From Anaeromyxobacter sp. (GTDB lineage Bacteria; Myxococcota; Myxococcia; Myxococcales; Anaeromyxobacteraceae), in NCBI GenBank assembly GCA_049840735.1, contig JASGJN010000014.1, positions 192,001-256,000 on the forward strand: 64,000 nucleotides of DNA. Reading direction: 5' to 3'. Positions 22,991 through 34,209 of the stretch are shown in pieces. Made by a program: the position numbers and the translations under genes. The stretch's first letter is position 1; each line of letters opens with the position of its first letter. The notes beneath the pieces are model-generated. The model ran no database searches. It was given only the letters and a program-made list of their open reading frames with translations, and had not been told where the DNA came from.

Positions 22991-25745
22991 TCAGTTGTGG
23001 GCCAGCCGCTGCGCCTCGGGGGCGCTGGCCTGGAGCAGGTTGGCCACCTCGAAGACCAGGTTCATGGTCCCGCGGTAGCCCACCCAGACCTGCTGGTGCG
23101 CGCCCAGCCGGTCGAAGACCGGGAGGCCTGTGCGCAGGTGGGCCTTGATGCCGAGCCGCCCCGCGGCCTGTCGGCCGTTGGAGTTGGCCACCAGCAGGTC
23201 GGCGCCGCGCGCCGCCTCCTCCAGGTCCTCCAGGTCGCCGACGAAGACCCGCTCCGCCGGCAGGCCGTCCAGCCCGCGCGTGCGGGTGGCCGCCACCGCC
23301 GCCTGGATCCGGCAGCCCATCCCGGCCAGGAAGCGGGTCAGGCCCTTCAGGTGATCCGCCTCCAGCGCCAGGGCCACCCGGCGGTCGCCGAACTGGTAGT
23401 GGCTGTCCGCCATGGCGTCCATGAGCCGCCCGCGCCAGCGGCGCAGGTCGGCCGGCACCGGACGTCCGGTCAGGGTCGAGAGGGCCGACACCAGGGCGTC
23501 GCACTCGGCCAGGCCGGTGGCAGAGGTGAAGCCCAGGGCCGGCACGCCGTGCCGCTCCTCCAGCCGCCGCGCCGCGCGGGCCAGCGAGTCGCCCACGTAG
23601 AGGGTCGCCAGCGAGCGCCCCGCGGTCCGGATCCGCTCCACCGGCGTGCCGCCGGTGGCCAGCGGCGAGACCTCGGCGTCGATGGAGCCGTCCAGGGCCC
23701 GCCCCAGATCCGGCACCACCAGCGCCGTGAGGCCGAAGGCCTCGACGAGCCGCTGCAGCTCCTCGACGTCACCGGGCGTGAGGTGCGCGCCGGGCAGCAG
23801 GTTGACCTGCCCGCTGAGCCGCTCGCCCCCCTCGGCCAGCGACTCGAGGATGGCGTCCACCGCGGCGGCGTACCCCTCCTGCAGCGAGCCGCAGTAGTCC
23901 GGGGTGGAGGCCCACACCACCGGCACGTGGGCCAGTGCCGGGTGCTCCTCGCGGAAGTGGACGATGGCGCTCCGCACGTCGTCGCCCATGGTCTCGGTGA
24001 GGCCCGAGGTCATGACGCCCACCACGCCGGGGTGGAACTTCTCGATCACCCGGGTGAGGCCGCGCTTGAGGTTCTCCCAGCCGCCGAAGATGGCGGCGTC
24101 CTCGCTCATGGCGGTGGAGTTGAGCGGGATGGACTCCTTGAAGTGGCGGGAGAGCTGCAGGCGGATGAAGGTGGAGCAACCCTGGGCGCCGTGGAGCAGC
24201 CCCAGCAGCCGGTCCACGCCCAGGTAGGCCAGGGTGGCGCCCAGCGCGGGCGAGTTCTTCTGCGGGTTGACGGTGGCCGGCTTGGACGGCACCGCCACGC
24301 GCGAGGCGGCCAGGTCCTCCGCCTGGAGCGCCGCGCCGTGGCCGCGGGCGGCCTCCAGCGCCGCTGCGGCGGCCTCCGGGGCCTCCTCCCACGGCGCCCT
24401 GCGCGAGAGCGCCGGCCAGATGGGGCTGTTGACGGTCAGGTCCAGCTGGCGCGCGAAGGTGACCATCCCCTCGTAGCCGGCGTAGGGGTGCGAGCGCCCG
24501 TGGTTGATGTCCAGGAACGGCGTGCGGGTCTTGAGCGCCAGGAACTTGGTCTTGCCGCCGGCCACGATCAGCTCCGGTCGCTTCTCGCGGACGATGCCCA
24601 GCAGGCCGGCGGTGGAGGTGTCCTCGATGATTCTCCGCGTCCCGGTGCATCAGCGCCTTCATCCGGTGGAAGTCCTCGAGGGTGGAGTTCTGGGTGCCGG
24701 CCGCCAGCACCTCGACCCCCAGCTCGCGCAGCGCGTTGACCATCGACCAGGTCTTCACGCCGCCGGTGAAGAGCACGGCGCGCTTCCCCGCGAGCCGGGC
24801 CCGGTGCGGCTCCAGCCGGGCGCGGCAGCGGGGCTCCTCCTCGGCCAGGAGCGCCTCCACCCGGTCGCGCATCGTCGAGGCGCCGCCGTTCACCTCGTCC
24901 AGGACCGCCGCCATGTCGCGCAGCGCCTTGGCGGTGTCGGTCATCCCGTAGAAGGACTCCTCGAGGAAGGGGATGCCGTACCGCTTGCGCAGCTTCTTCG
25001 CGAGGTTGGTGAGGCTCTTGGAGCAGATGATGACGTTCAGCCTGGCCCGGTGCGCGTGGCGCAGGTCGTCGAAGCGGGCGTCGCCGCTGATGCAGGAGAG
25101 GATGCGGATGCCCAGCCGCGCGAAGAGCGGCTCCATGCCCCACAGGTCGCCGGCGATGTTGTACTCGCCGATCAGGTTGACGTCGTAGGGGGTGCGCGTC
25201 TCCGGCTCGGCCGTGCCGATGACGTGCTCGAGCAAGAGCTCGCCCGCCAGCCGGTTGCCGATGTTCTTGTCGCCCACGAAGCCGGGCGTGTTGACCGGGA
25301 TGACCGGGATCTCCACCTCGCCGGCCACCGACCGGCACACCGCCTCCACGTCGTCGCCGGTCATGGCGCTGACGCATGTGGCGTAGACGAAGATGGCCCG
25401 CGCCTGGGCGCGGTAGCGCACCGCCAGGTCCAGGATGGCCTGGCGCAGCTTCTTCTCGCCGCCGAAGACGACGTCGTTCTCCAAGAGCTCGGTGGTGAAG
25501 CCGCGCCGGTACAGCTGCGAGCCGCTGGACCGTGCCCCGCGGTTGTCCCAGCTGTTGCCGGCGCAGGCGATGGGCCCGTGCACCAGGTGGATGGCGTCGG
25601 TGATGGGCATCAGCACCACCCGCGCCCCGTCGAAGGCGCAGCTCCGCTCCGTCCCCTCCCCGGGCTCCGAGCGCTTGCAGAGCTTCGGCGCGCCCTTCTC
25701 CTGGGTCTCGCACTCCGGGGCTTCGTAGTAGTCGGGGCGCGCCAT
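22991..25745 (-). CDS. nifEN: Fused NifE-NifN scaffold; apparent +1 frameshift at ~24631
   Basis: NifE part CAFDGA, HLVHGPIACAGNSWDNRG continues without a stop into NifN part NPQKNSPALGA, HGAQGCSTF. Confidence 0.92.
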
Positions 25746-25779
25746 GACGGGGCTCGGGGGCTGCGGGTGGTGCCGCGGG

Positions 25780-27249
25780 CTACCGCATCATCTCGAAGTG
25801 ACGGTCGTCGGCCTGGTCGTCCACGCGGTCGAGGAACGTGTTGCAGATCTCGGTGACCATGTGGATGACGCCCTGGTAGCCGACGAGCGGCACGCGGTGC
25901 TTGTGGACGCGGTCGAAGATGGGGAAGCCGAAGCGGAAGAGCGGGATCTTCGCGTCGCGGGCGGCGAACTTGCCGTGCGTGTCGCCGATGAGCGCGTCGA
26001 CCGGCTCGGTCACCAGCAGGCTGCGCAGGTGCCACAGGTCGCGGTTCATGTAGACCTTGCAGCCCTTGCCGTACGGCGAGCCGTCGAGCAGCGCCTGCAG
26101 CTCCTTCTCCAGCTTCTTGGACCCCTTGCTGCAGAGGATGTGGGCCGGCACCGCGCCCATCTCCAGCAGGAACGCCACGTACCCGAGCAGCAGGTCCGGG
26201 TCGCCGTACACCGCGAACCGCTTGCCGTGCATGTACTGCTGGGCGTCGGTCATGGCGTCCACGGCGCGGCCGCGCTCGGCCTTGAGCGCCGCCGGGACGG
26301 GCCTGTCGAACAGCTCGGCCAGCTTCATGAGGAAGGCGTCGGTCCGGGCGATGCCCATGGGCAGCGGCATGGCCGAGTGGGAGCCGGCATAGGCCTCCTT
26401 CACCCAGGTCATGGTCTTGGTGGTCGCGTACGGGCCCACCGAGAGCGTGGCCTTGCCGTTGATGGAGTCGGCCGCCTCGGCCAGCGGCGTGCCGCCGGGG
26501 TAGGTCCGGTAGGTGCCGTCGTTGGGCGAGTCGAAGGACTCGGAGAGGTCGGCCAGGAAGGTGTACGGGATGCCGAACGCCTCCAGGATCCGCTTGTACT
26601 CGCGGTAGTTGCCGGTGTTGGTGTCGAAGCCGGCGATGAAGTTGAGCTTGCCGGTGCAGCGCCCCTCCACCTTCTTCCCCTCGGTGAGGGTCTGGAGGAT
26701 GGCGGCCAGCATGGAGTCGTAGCCGGTGACGTGGGAGCCGTTGAAGGAGGGCGTGTTGGCGTAGGCCACTGGCAGGTCGGCCGGCACGAACCCCTTCTGC
26801 CGGGCGTTCCTGATGAAGGCGGTCAGGTCGTCGCCGATCACCTCCGGCATGCAGGAGGTGAAGATGGAGATCAGCTTGGGCTTGTAGAGCGCGACGGCGT
26901 TCTCGAGCCCCTCGTGCAGGTTGTTCTGGCCGCCGAAGACCGCGCCGTCCTCGGTCATGGCCGAGGAGACGGCCGCCGCCGGCTCGCGGAAGTGGCGGTT
27001 GAGCGTGGAGCGGTAGTAGGAGGCGCACCCCTGGGCGCCGTGCACGAACGGCAGCGACCCCTCGAAGCCGTGGGCAGCCAGCTCGGCCCCCAGCGGCTGG
27101 CAGGCGTGGGCCGGGTTCACCACCAGCGCCTGGCGTGCGAAGTTCTTCTCCCGGTACTCGGGGGTGTCGACCCACCGGGCGACCCGCGCCTCGTCCTCGG
27201 GGGTGATCGAGGTGACCGGCTTCACGGCGACCGCAGGCGTCTCGGACAT
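25780..27249 (-). CDS. nifK: MoFe protein beta chain
   Basis: NPAHACQPLGA, HGAQGCASY, TSCMPEVIGDD, GFPIFDR. Confidence 0.96.
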   Translation of the reverse strand: MSETPAVAVKPVTSITPEDEARVARWVDTPEYREKNFARQALVVNPAHACQPLGAELAAHGFEGSLPFVHGAQGCASYYRSTLNRHFREPAAAVSSAMTEDGAVFGGQNNLHEGLENAVALYKPKLISIFTSCMPEVIGDDLTAFIRNARQKGFVPADLPVAYANTPSFNGSHVTGYDSMLAAILQTLTEGKKVEGRCTGKLNFIAGFDTNTGNYREYKRILEAFGIPYTFLADLSESFDSPNDGTYRTYPGGTPLAEAADSINGKATLSVGPYATTKTMTWVKEAYAGSHSAMPLPMGIARTDAFLMKLAELFDRPVPAALKAERGRAVDAMTDAQQYMHGKRFAVYGDPDLLLGYVAFLLEMGAVPAHILCSKGSKKLEKELQALLDGSPYGKGCKVYMNRDLWHLRSLLVTEPVDALIGDTHGKFAARDAKIPLFRFGFPIFDRVHKHRVPLVGYQGVIHMVTEICNTFLDRVDDQADDRHFEMMR

Positions 27250-27335
27250 GGCTCTCTCCTCTCGCCGGGGGCTCATCCGCCCCACGGCGCCAGGTGCTGC
27301 GTTTCCGGGTGGTGGGGCCGCGGTGGCCCCGGGAT

Positions 27336-28781
27336 CTAGAACGGGCTCTTGACCAGCTTCCAGGTCGGGCTGTTCACGGCCATGTCGATGTCGCGGGCGA
27401 AGACGCCGAAGCCCTCGTAGCCGTGGTACGGGCCGGAGTAGTCCCAGCTGTGCATCTGCCGGAACGGCAGGCCCATCTTCTGGAACAGGTACTTCTCCTT
27501 GATGCCGGAGCCGACCAGGTCGGGCTTGAGCGTCTCCACGAAGTGCTCCAGCTCGTGCTCGGAGGCGTCGTCGTAGATGACGGTCGCGTCCGGCATCTCC
27601 GGGCTGGTCCGCTCGTAGTCGTCGGCGTGGGCGAACTCGTAGCCGGAGCCGACCACCTGCATGCCCAGATCCTCGTACGCGCCCACGGTGTGGCGCGGGC
27701 GGAGGCCGCCCACGTACAGCATCACCCTCTTGCCCTCGAGCCTCGGGCGGTACTCGTCGAGGATGGCCTGCATCTTCGGCTCCCAGGCGGCGATCACCCG
27801 CTCGACGTTCTGCTTGATCCGGTCGTCGAACTTCGCCGCCAGGGCCCGGAGGCTCTGCTTGATTCTGGTTGGACCGAAGAAGTTCAGCTCGATCCACGGG
27901 ATCCCGTACTTCTCCTCCATGACCTTGCACATGTAGTTCATGGACCGGTAGCAGTGGATGACGTTGAGCTTCACCTGGTGGGTGGCGGCGATGCGATCCA
28001 GCTCGCCGTCGCCGGTCCAGGTGGCCTTCACGTTGAGGCCGCACGCCTCCAGCAGCGGCTTCACCGACCAGACGTCGCCGCCGATGTTGTAGTCGCCGAT
28101 CAGGGCGATGTCGTACGGCCCGGCCGGCTCCGTGAACTCGCGGGTCCCGATGATGTGATCGCGGATGGTGTCGTTGGAGATGTGGTGCCCCAGCGACTGC
28201 GAGACGCCGCGGAAGCCCTCGCAGTTGCAGGGGATGACCGGCAGGTCCAGCTCCTTCGACATGGCCTTGGCGACGGCGTTGATGTCGTCGCCGATGAGAC
28301 CCACCGGGCACTCGGACAGGACCGAGATGCCCTTGGCCAGCGGGAAGAGCTCCTTGGCCTCCCGCAGCAGCACGGCCAGCTTCTTGTCCCCGCCGTAGAC
28401 GATGTCCTTCTCCTGGAAGTCGGAGGTGAACTGCATGCCGAAGCTCGACACGCCGTTCTTGCCGGACATGAGGTTGCGGCGGGTGCCCCACGAGTACCAG
28501 CCGCAGCCGACCGGCCCGTGGGACACGTGCACCATGTCGCGGATCGGGCCCCACACCACGCCCTTGGCGCCCGCGTAGGCGCAGCCGCGCGCGCTCATCA
28601 CGCCCGGCACCGTCTTCCGGTTCGACTTCACGCAGGCGCTGCCTGCGCTGGGGTCGTTGGGCGCCAGGTGCGGCGCCCGCTTCTTCTTCCCCTTCTCCGG
28701 GTAGGCCTCGAGGGCCTCGTCGATCATCTGCTGGGTCGACTCGCGGGTGATCCCATCGACCTTCTTCACGGTGTCGGACAC
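27336..28781 (-). CDS. nifD: MoFe protein alpha chain
   Basis: [24 protein letters not shown]; FeMo-co ligand motifs HCYRS and QMHSWDY; GTG start with GGAAGGAG upstream. Confidence 0.97.
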   Translation of the reverse strand: MSDTVKKVDGITRESTQQMIDEALEAYPEKGKKKRAPHLAPNDPSAGSACVKSNRKTVPGVMSARGCAYAGAKGVVWGPIRDMVHVSHGPVGCGWYSWGTRRNLMSGKNGVSSFGMQFTSDFQEKDIVYGGDKKLAVLLREAKELFPLAKGISVLSECPVGLIGDDINAVAKAMSKELDLPVIPCNCEGFRGVSQSLGHHISNDTIRDHIIGTREFTEPAGPYDIALIGDYNIGGDVWSVKPLLEACGLNVKATWTGDGELDRIAATHQVKLNVIHCYRSMNYMCKVMEEKYGIPWIELNFFGPTRIKQSLRALAAKFDDRIKQNVERVIAAWEPKMQAILDEYRPRLEGKRVMLYVGGLRPRHTVGAYEDLGMQVVGSGYEFAHADDYERTSPEMPDATVIYDDASEHELEHFVETLKPDLVGSGIKEKYLFQKMGLPFRQMHSWDYSGPYHGYEGFGVFARDIDMAVNSPTWKLVKSPF

Positions 28782-28808
28782 GACGCGCTCCTTCCTGGTC
28801 ACCCGCGG

Positions 28809-29771
<963 letters not shown>

Positions 29772-29862
29772 TCACGGTGCGTGTACGCGGGGTTCGGCGC
29801 TCGCGGGACCCGGGCTCACCGTCCGGGCACCATCCCGACCGTCCCGAAGCTGCCAGCGCGGC

Positions 29863-29878
29863 TGTACGGAAGCGGACA
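29863..29878. promoter_or_regulatory. NifA upstream activator sequence
   Basis: TGT-acggaagcgg-ACA (TGT-N10-ACA), about 120 bp upstream of the nifH -24 box. Confidence 0.75.
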
Positions 29879-29913
29879 ATCGGCGCAAGGACGGCGCGGC
29901 GGGAGGCCCCTCG

Positions 29914-30054
29914 CCTTCGACTCCGCCGCCTGCGGCGGCTACGCTCAGGCCGAACGGATCCAGGACCATGCCCATGCCCCACGAGCCCGTTCGGGGTGAG
30001 CGTAGGGCCGGGGCCGAGCTGGCCCGGGTCACGCGTCCGGCCCGGAGTCGAACC
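29914..30054. repeat. Inverted pair of REP-like elements, copies 5 and 6
   Basis: 29914-29957 forward, 29986-30054 reverse. Confidence 0.8.
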
Positions 30055-30068
30055 ACGCACGGGCGAGG

Positions 30069-30542
30069 TCAGCCGCGTCGAGCCCTGGGTGGCCCGCGCA
30101 GGCAGACCAGCTGCGTGCGCGCCCAGGCCAGCCGCGCGTAGAAGCCCAGCGCGGGCGCGTTGGCCGCGTCGGCCAGCAGCTGGCAGCGGGTGGCGCCGCG
30201 CGCCGCGGCCCAGGCCTGCACGGCGGCCAGCAGCCGGCGCCCCACGCCCGCGCCGCGCTCCGGCGCGGCCACGATGAGATCCTCGATCCAAGCGGACGGG
30301 GCGCCCTCGGCGGTGGAGATCACCAGCTGCGCGGTCACCATCCCCACGATCTGCCCGCCCCGCTCGGCCACCAGCACGGTGCGCTGGCGCGGCGCCTGGA
30401 GCATGCGGCGCAGGCCTCGGCGCTGGCGCACCGCCTCGGGGCGGAAGTCGGCCTCGAGCGTGAAGAGCGCGTGGAGCAGCCCCACCAGCGCGTCCAGGTC
30501 GCGCTGCCGGGCCCGGCGGATGATCAGCCGGGCGCGGCTCAG
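30069..30542 (-). CDS. GNAT acetyltransferase; start possibly CTG overlapping the nifA stop
   Basis: [29 protein letters not shown] (AcCoA motif), NAPALGFY. Confidence 0.85.
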   Translation of the reverse strand: MSRARLIIRRARQRDLDALVGLLHALFTLEADFRPEAVRQRRGLRRMLQAPRQRTVLVAERGGQIVGMVTAQLVISTAEGAPSAWIEDLIVAAPERGAGVGRRLLAAVQAWAAARGATRCQLLADAANAPALGFYARLAWARTQLVCLRGPPRARRG

Positions 30543-32085
30543 AACCGCTCCAGCGGAATGGCGAACTTGGCGATGCGGTAGCGCAGCTGGCGCACCGTCA
30601 TCCCGAGCAGCCGCGCCGCGCGGGCCTGCACCCAGCCGGCCCGCACCAGCGCCTGCACCACCCGCGTTCGCTCGTCGTCGGCCACCCCGGCTGGCCCGTC
30701 GGACGCCGGCGCCAGCGCCGTCCCCAGCACCGGCCCGCAGCCCACCGGCTCGGGCCCCTGCGCCTCCAGCAGCTGGGCCAGGTCGTGGCAGGTCACCCGC
30801 GCGCCCGGGTGCGAGACCACCAGCCGCTCCAGCACGTTGCGCAGCTGGCGCACGTTGCCCGGCCAGGGGGCGCGGGCCAAGGCCTCGATGGCCCCTGGCT
30901 CGAAGACCAGCGCCCTCCCGTGCTCGTCGGCCAGCGCCGACAGGAAGTGCGAGACCAGCAGCGGGACGTCCTCCGGCCGCTGCCGCAGCGGGGGCAGCAC
31001 CAGCTCCACCACCTGCAGCCGGTGGTAGAGGTCGAGCCGGAACTGGCCGGCCCGGACCGCGGCCTCCAGGTCGCGGTTGGTGGCGGCCACCAGCCGCACG
31101 TCCACGGTGACGGTGCGGTGCCCGCCCACCCGCTCGAACTGGCGCTCCTGGATGGCGCGCAGCAGCTTCACCTGGGCCGAGAGCGGCAGCTCCCCGATCT
31201 CGTCCAGGAAGAGCGTGCCGCCGTCTGCCGCCTCGAAGCGGCCGGCCTGGGCCTGGTGCGCGCCGGTGAAGGCCCCGCGCTCGTGGCCGAAGAGCGCGCT
31301 CTCCAGCAGCGTCTCGGGCAGGGCCGCGCAGCTCACCGCCACGAACGGGCGCTCCGCGCGCGTGGAGGCGTCGTGCAGGGCCCGGGCGATCACCTCCTTG
31401 CCCGTCCCGCTCTCCCCGCGCAGCAGCACCGTGGCGCGGCTGGGGGCCACCTGCGAGACCACGTCCAGCACCGCGCGCCAGGGCGGGCTCACCCCCACCG
31501 CGCCCTCGAAGCGGGCCGGCTCGGCGGTGAGCACGGTCTGCACCGAGGCCCGGCGGTGCGCAGGCCCCTCCGCCTGGTGGAGCCGGATCCGGACCGCCAG
31601 CATGCCGGCCACGATGGTCAGGAGCCGCAGGTCGGCGTCGAAGGAGAAGGTCCCGGCCCCCCAGCGGCGGTCCGCGGTGAGCACGCCCAGCGTGGCCCGC
31701 CCCTCGCGGATGGGCACCGCGTAGAGCGCGCGGGGATCGGTGTCGAGGTGGCGCCAGGTGCCGGTCCGGTTGCGGAAGACCGGCTCGGTCGCCAGGTCGG
31801 GCAGGACCATGGGCAGGCCGGCCTGGAAGACGCGCCCGATGACCCCCTCCCCCGGGCGCAGCCGCCCCTGGATTCCGCTCGGCGTCCGCCATCTCCGGCG
31901 CCGCCTCGATGAAGACGTCCCCGGTCACCGTGTCGAACAGCGACACGGTCCCGTTCTCCAGGCCGACGTGCGACCGGAGCACCTGCAGCGCGGAGGTGTA
32001 GGCCTTGGAGGGATCGGTGGCGAGCGAGAGGAGCCGCCCGATTCTCGTGCAGGGCCTCCAGCTGGTGGGCTTCGCGGGCGGACAC
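30539..32085 (-). CDS. nifA: NifA-like GAF-AAA+-HTH sigma54 activator; apparent +1 frameshifts at ~31873 and ~32042
   Basis: GAF ([24 protein letters not shown]), [39 protein letters not shown]. Confidence 0.82.
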
Positions 32086-32098
32086 GCTCCCCGGTCGA

Positions 32099-32113
32099 GC
32101 AAGGGCGGTGCCA
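32099..32113 (-). promoter_or_regulatory. Sigma54 promoter of the nifA-like gene
   Basis: TGGCAC-CGCCC-TTGC, a consensus match. Confidence 0.8.
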
Positions 32114-32242
32114 CCGCTGACCCGGTCCTTGCAGCGCCCGGTCGGACGGACGCCGGCGCCGGGGCAGGCCCGCCGCGGTGACCGGTTTCCGGACAGCGGC
32201 GCCGGGTCTGCTGCGCGCCCGGCGAGCAGGAGGACATGGGGA

Positions 32243-33037
32243 ATGGCGCCCACCTCGTTCAACCGCTGCAACCTGCCGCCGTGGGTGATCGCCTCGCCGG
32301 GCTTCGACGAGCACCCGGGGCCGCTGGAGATCCAGGGGGTGCGGCAGGAGAACCGGGCGCTCTTTGCGGCGCTGGACCGGCTGGAGGACCCGACCGAGCG
32401 GGCCCGGCGGTTCGACGACTGGATGTCGGTCCGCTTCCAGCTGCACCACTGGCAGGAGCAGGAGAGCCGGAGCGCGCAGCGCAGCCTGCGCAACTCCTAC
32501 CTGCGCTTCCTGCGCGGCTGGGGCATGGACTCGAGCTCGGTGGAGGGGGCCGTGCTGAAGGGCTGGGTGGAGAGCCGGATGGGCATCCCGCCCACGTTCC
32601 ACCACGCGCCGCTGCCGGCCGGCGGCGGCGAGGCGGGCTGGGACCGCTACCTGGCCGACCGCACCCGCGGCCACGCGTACACCAGCGCGGTGGAGGCGCA
32701 GCTGGACCTGGTCTACGAGTTCACCCAGTACGAGCTGGGCCGGCGGCTGCCTGGCCAGCGCTGGGTGACGCTCTGGCGTGGCCAGGAGGCGCCGGCCCCG
32801 GCGGACGTGCTGGAGCGGCCCGGCCCGCGCGAGCTGGTGCTGCGGGTGAACAACCTGCTCTCCTTCACCGACGACCGCGAGCGGGCCTGGGAGTTCGGGG
32901 ACTTCGTGCTGGAGGCGCGCCTCTCGCTGGCCCGCGTCTTCTTCGCCGGCCACCTGCTGCCACGGTCGATCCTGAAGGGCGAGCGCGAGCACCTGGTGAT
33001 CGGCGGGGCGCTGCGGGTGAGGAGGGTGATGGCGTGA
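32243..33037 (+). CDS. draT: Dinitrogenase reductase ADP-ribosyltransferase
   Basis: NRCNLPPWVIAS, SYLRFLRGWGMDS, EGAVLKGWVESRMG, NNLLSFT, LKGERE; AGGAGG RBS. Confidence 0.93.
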   Translation: MAPTSFNRCNLPPWVIASPGFDEHPGPLEIQGVRQENRALFAALDRLEDPTERARRFDDWMSVRFQLHHWQEQESRSAQRSLRNSYLRFLRGWGMDSSSVEGAVLKGWVESRMGIPPTFHHAPLPAGGGEAGWDRYLADRTRGHAYTSAVEAQLDLVYEFTQYELGRRLPGQRWVTLWRGQEAPAPADVLERPGPRELVLRVNNLLSFTDDRERAWEFGDFVLEARLSLARVFFAGHLLPRSILKGEREHLVIGGALRVRRVMA

Positions 33038-33047
33038 GTGGCCTGGG

Positions 33048-33153
33048 CTTCGGCTCCGCGAGCCCTGCGGGCTCGCTACGCTCAGCCTGAACGGACCGAA
33101 GGGCCCGTTCGCCCTGAGCGTAGCCGCGGCAACGCCGCGGCGAAGTCGAAGGG
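33048..33153. repeat. Inverted pair of REP-like elements, copies 7 and 8, between draT and draG
   Basis: 33048-33094 forward, 33104-33153 reverse. Confidence 0.85.
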
Positions 33154-33163
33154 CAGGCGCCGC

Positions 33164-34093
33164 TCACCGCGCGTGCGGCGAGCGCCAGACCGGCGAGAGC
33201 GCCACCAGCGGCTCCACCAGCGCGTCGATCTCCTCCTTCACTGCCGGGTCGAGCCGGCGCAGCCAGCGTGCCGGCAGCGCCTCCGGGCCGTGGTAGGCGC
33301 CCGCCAGCGCCCCGGCCACGGCCCCGGTGGTGTCGGCGTCGCCGCCCTGGTTGACGGTGGCCACCAGGCAGGCCTCGAAGCCGCCCGCCTGCGTCGCGGT
33401 GGCGAAGAACCAGTGGAGCACGGTCTGCAGCGTGTCCACCACGTAGCCGGTGGCCAGCCCGCGGTAGGGCGCGAAGCGGAAGGTGGGCTGCTCCAGGACC
33501 AGCACGTCCGAGGCGCGGCGCAGCTGCCTCAGCGAGCCGCCCAGGCAGGCCAGGTGGATGAGCTCGCCCAGGTGCAGGCAGGCCGCGTCGGAGAGCGGGT
33601 GATGGTGCGTGAGGCGGGCCTGGGCCAGCGCGCCCTGGGCCATCGCCCCGGTGTCTCCCAGCGTGGCCAGCGCCACCGGCAGCAGGCGCATCAGGGCCCC
33701 GTTGCCCGCGTCGCCGGAGCTGGGCGGCGCCTCCAGCGTGCCCTCGTTCAGGTACCGTCGGATCCCCCGCCGGACGGTGTTGCCGGCGTCCACCGGGCCG
33801 CCCTTGAGCCAGGCCGCGAACCGCTCCGCCAGGTCGCGCAGCTCGAGCCCGCCGCGCGCCACCAGGCTGCGGGCCAGGCAGAGGGCCAGCTCGGTGTCGT
33901 CGGTGACCTGCCCACGACGCAGGCGGAGCCAGCCGCCGCCTGCCAGCTCCCGGTGCACCCCGTACGCCGCGCGGATTTCACCGACGGTCATGAACTCGAC
34001 CGTGGCCCCCAGCGCGTCCCCCAGCGCCAGGCCCAGGAACGCCGCCCGGGCGCGGTCCAGGATGTCCGCCTTGCTGTAGCTGCGCGGGGCCAC
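33164..34093 (-). CDS. draG: ADP-ribosyl-[dinitrogenase reductase] hydrolase
   Basis: GDALGATVEFM, GQVTDDTE, AGNGALMR, VNQGGDADTTGA. Confidence 0.93.
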   Translation of the reverse strand: MAPRSYSKADILDRARAAFLGLALGDALGATVEFMTVGEIRAAYGVHRELAGGGWLRLRRGQVTDDTELALCLARSLVARGGLELRDLAERFAAWLKGGPVDAGNTVRRGIRRYLNEGTLEAPPSSGDAGNGALMRLLPVALATLGDTGAMAQGALAQARLTHHHPLSDAACLHLGELIHLACLGGSLRQLRRASDVLVLEQPTFRFAPYRGLATGYVVDTLQTVLHWFFATATQAGGFEACLVATVNQGGDADTTGAVAGALAGAYHGPEALPARWLRRLDPAVKEEIDALVEPLVALSPVWRSPHAR

Positions 34094-34106
34094 AGGCGCC
34101 CCTCTT

Positions 34107-34121
34107 GCGAAGGCTGGGCCA
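34107..34121 (-). promoter_or_regulatory. Candidate sigma54 promoter of draG
   Basis: TGGCCCAGCCTTCGC (GG-N10-GC). Confidence 0.55.
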
Positions 34122-34150
34122 GCGGCGCCCGGGGCAGACCTGGGCCCCTG

Positions 34151-34199
34151 AAGAAAGGACCGCCCGCCCCCGCGCCCGGAGGCGCAGGGACGGGCGGTC
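34151..34199 (-). terminator. Intrinsic terminator after the amylase gene
   Basis: GACCGCCCG...CGGGCGGTC stem followed by CTTTCTT. Confidence 0.6.
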
Positions 34200-34209
34200 G
34201 CCCCCACCA

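Noticed and set aside
25780..28554. 924-aa ORF suggesting an extended NifK or NifD-K fusion
   Set aside because: The N-terminal part is an alternate frame over nifD; nifK starts at 27249.
32118..32132. Sigma54 promoter for draT (TGACCCGGTCCTTGC)
   Set aside because: Lacks the invariant GG at -24.
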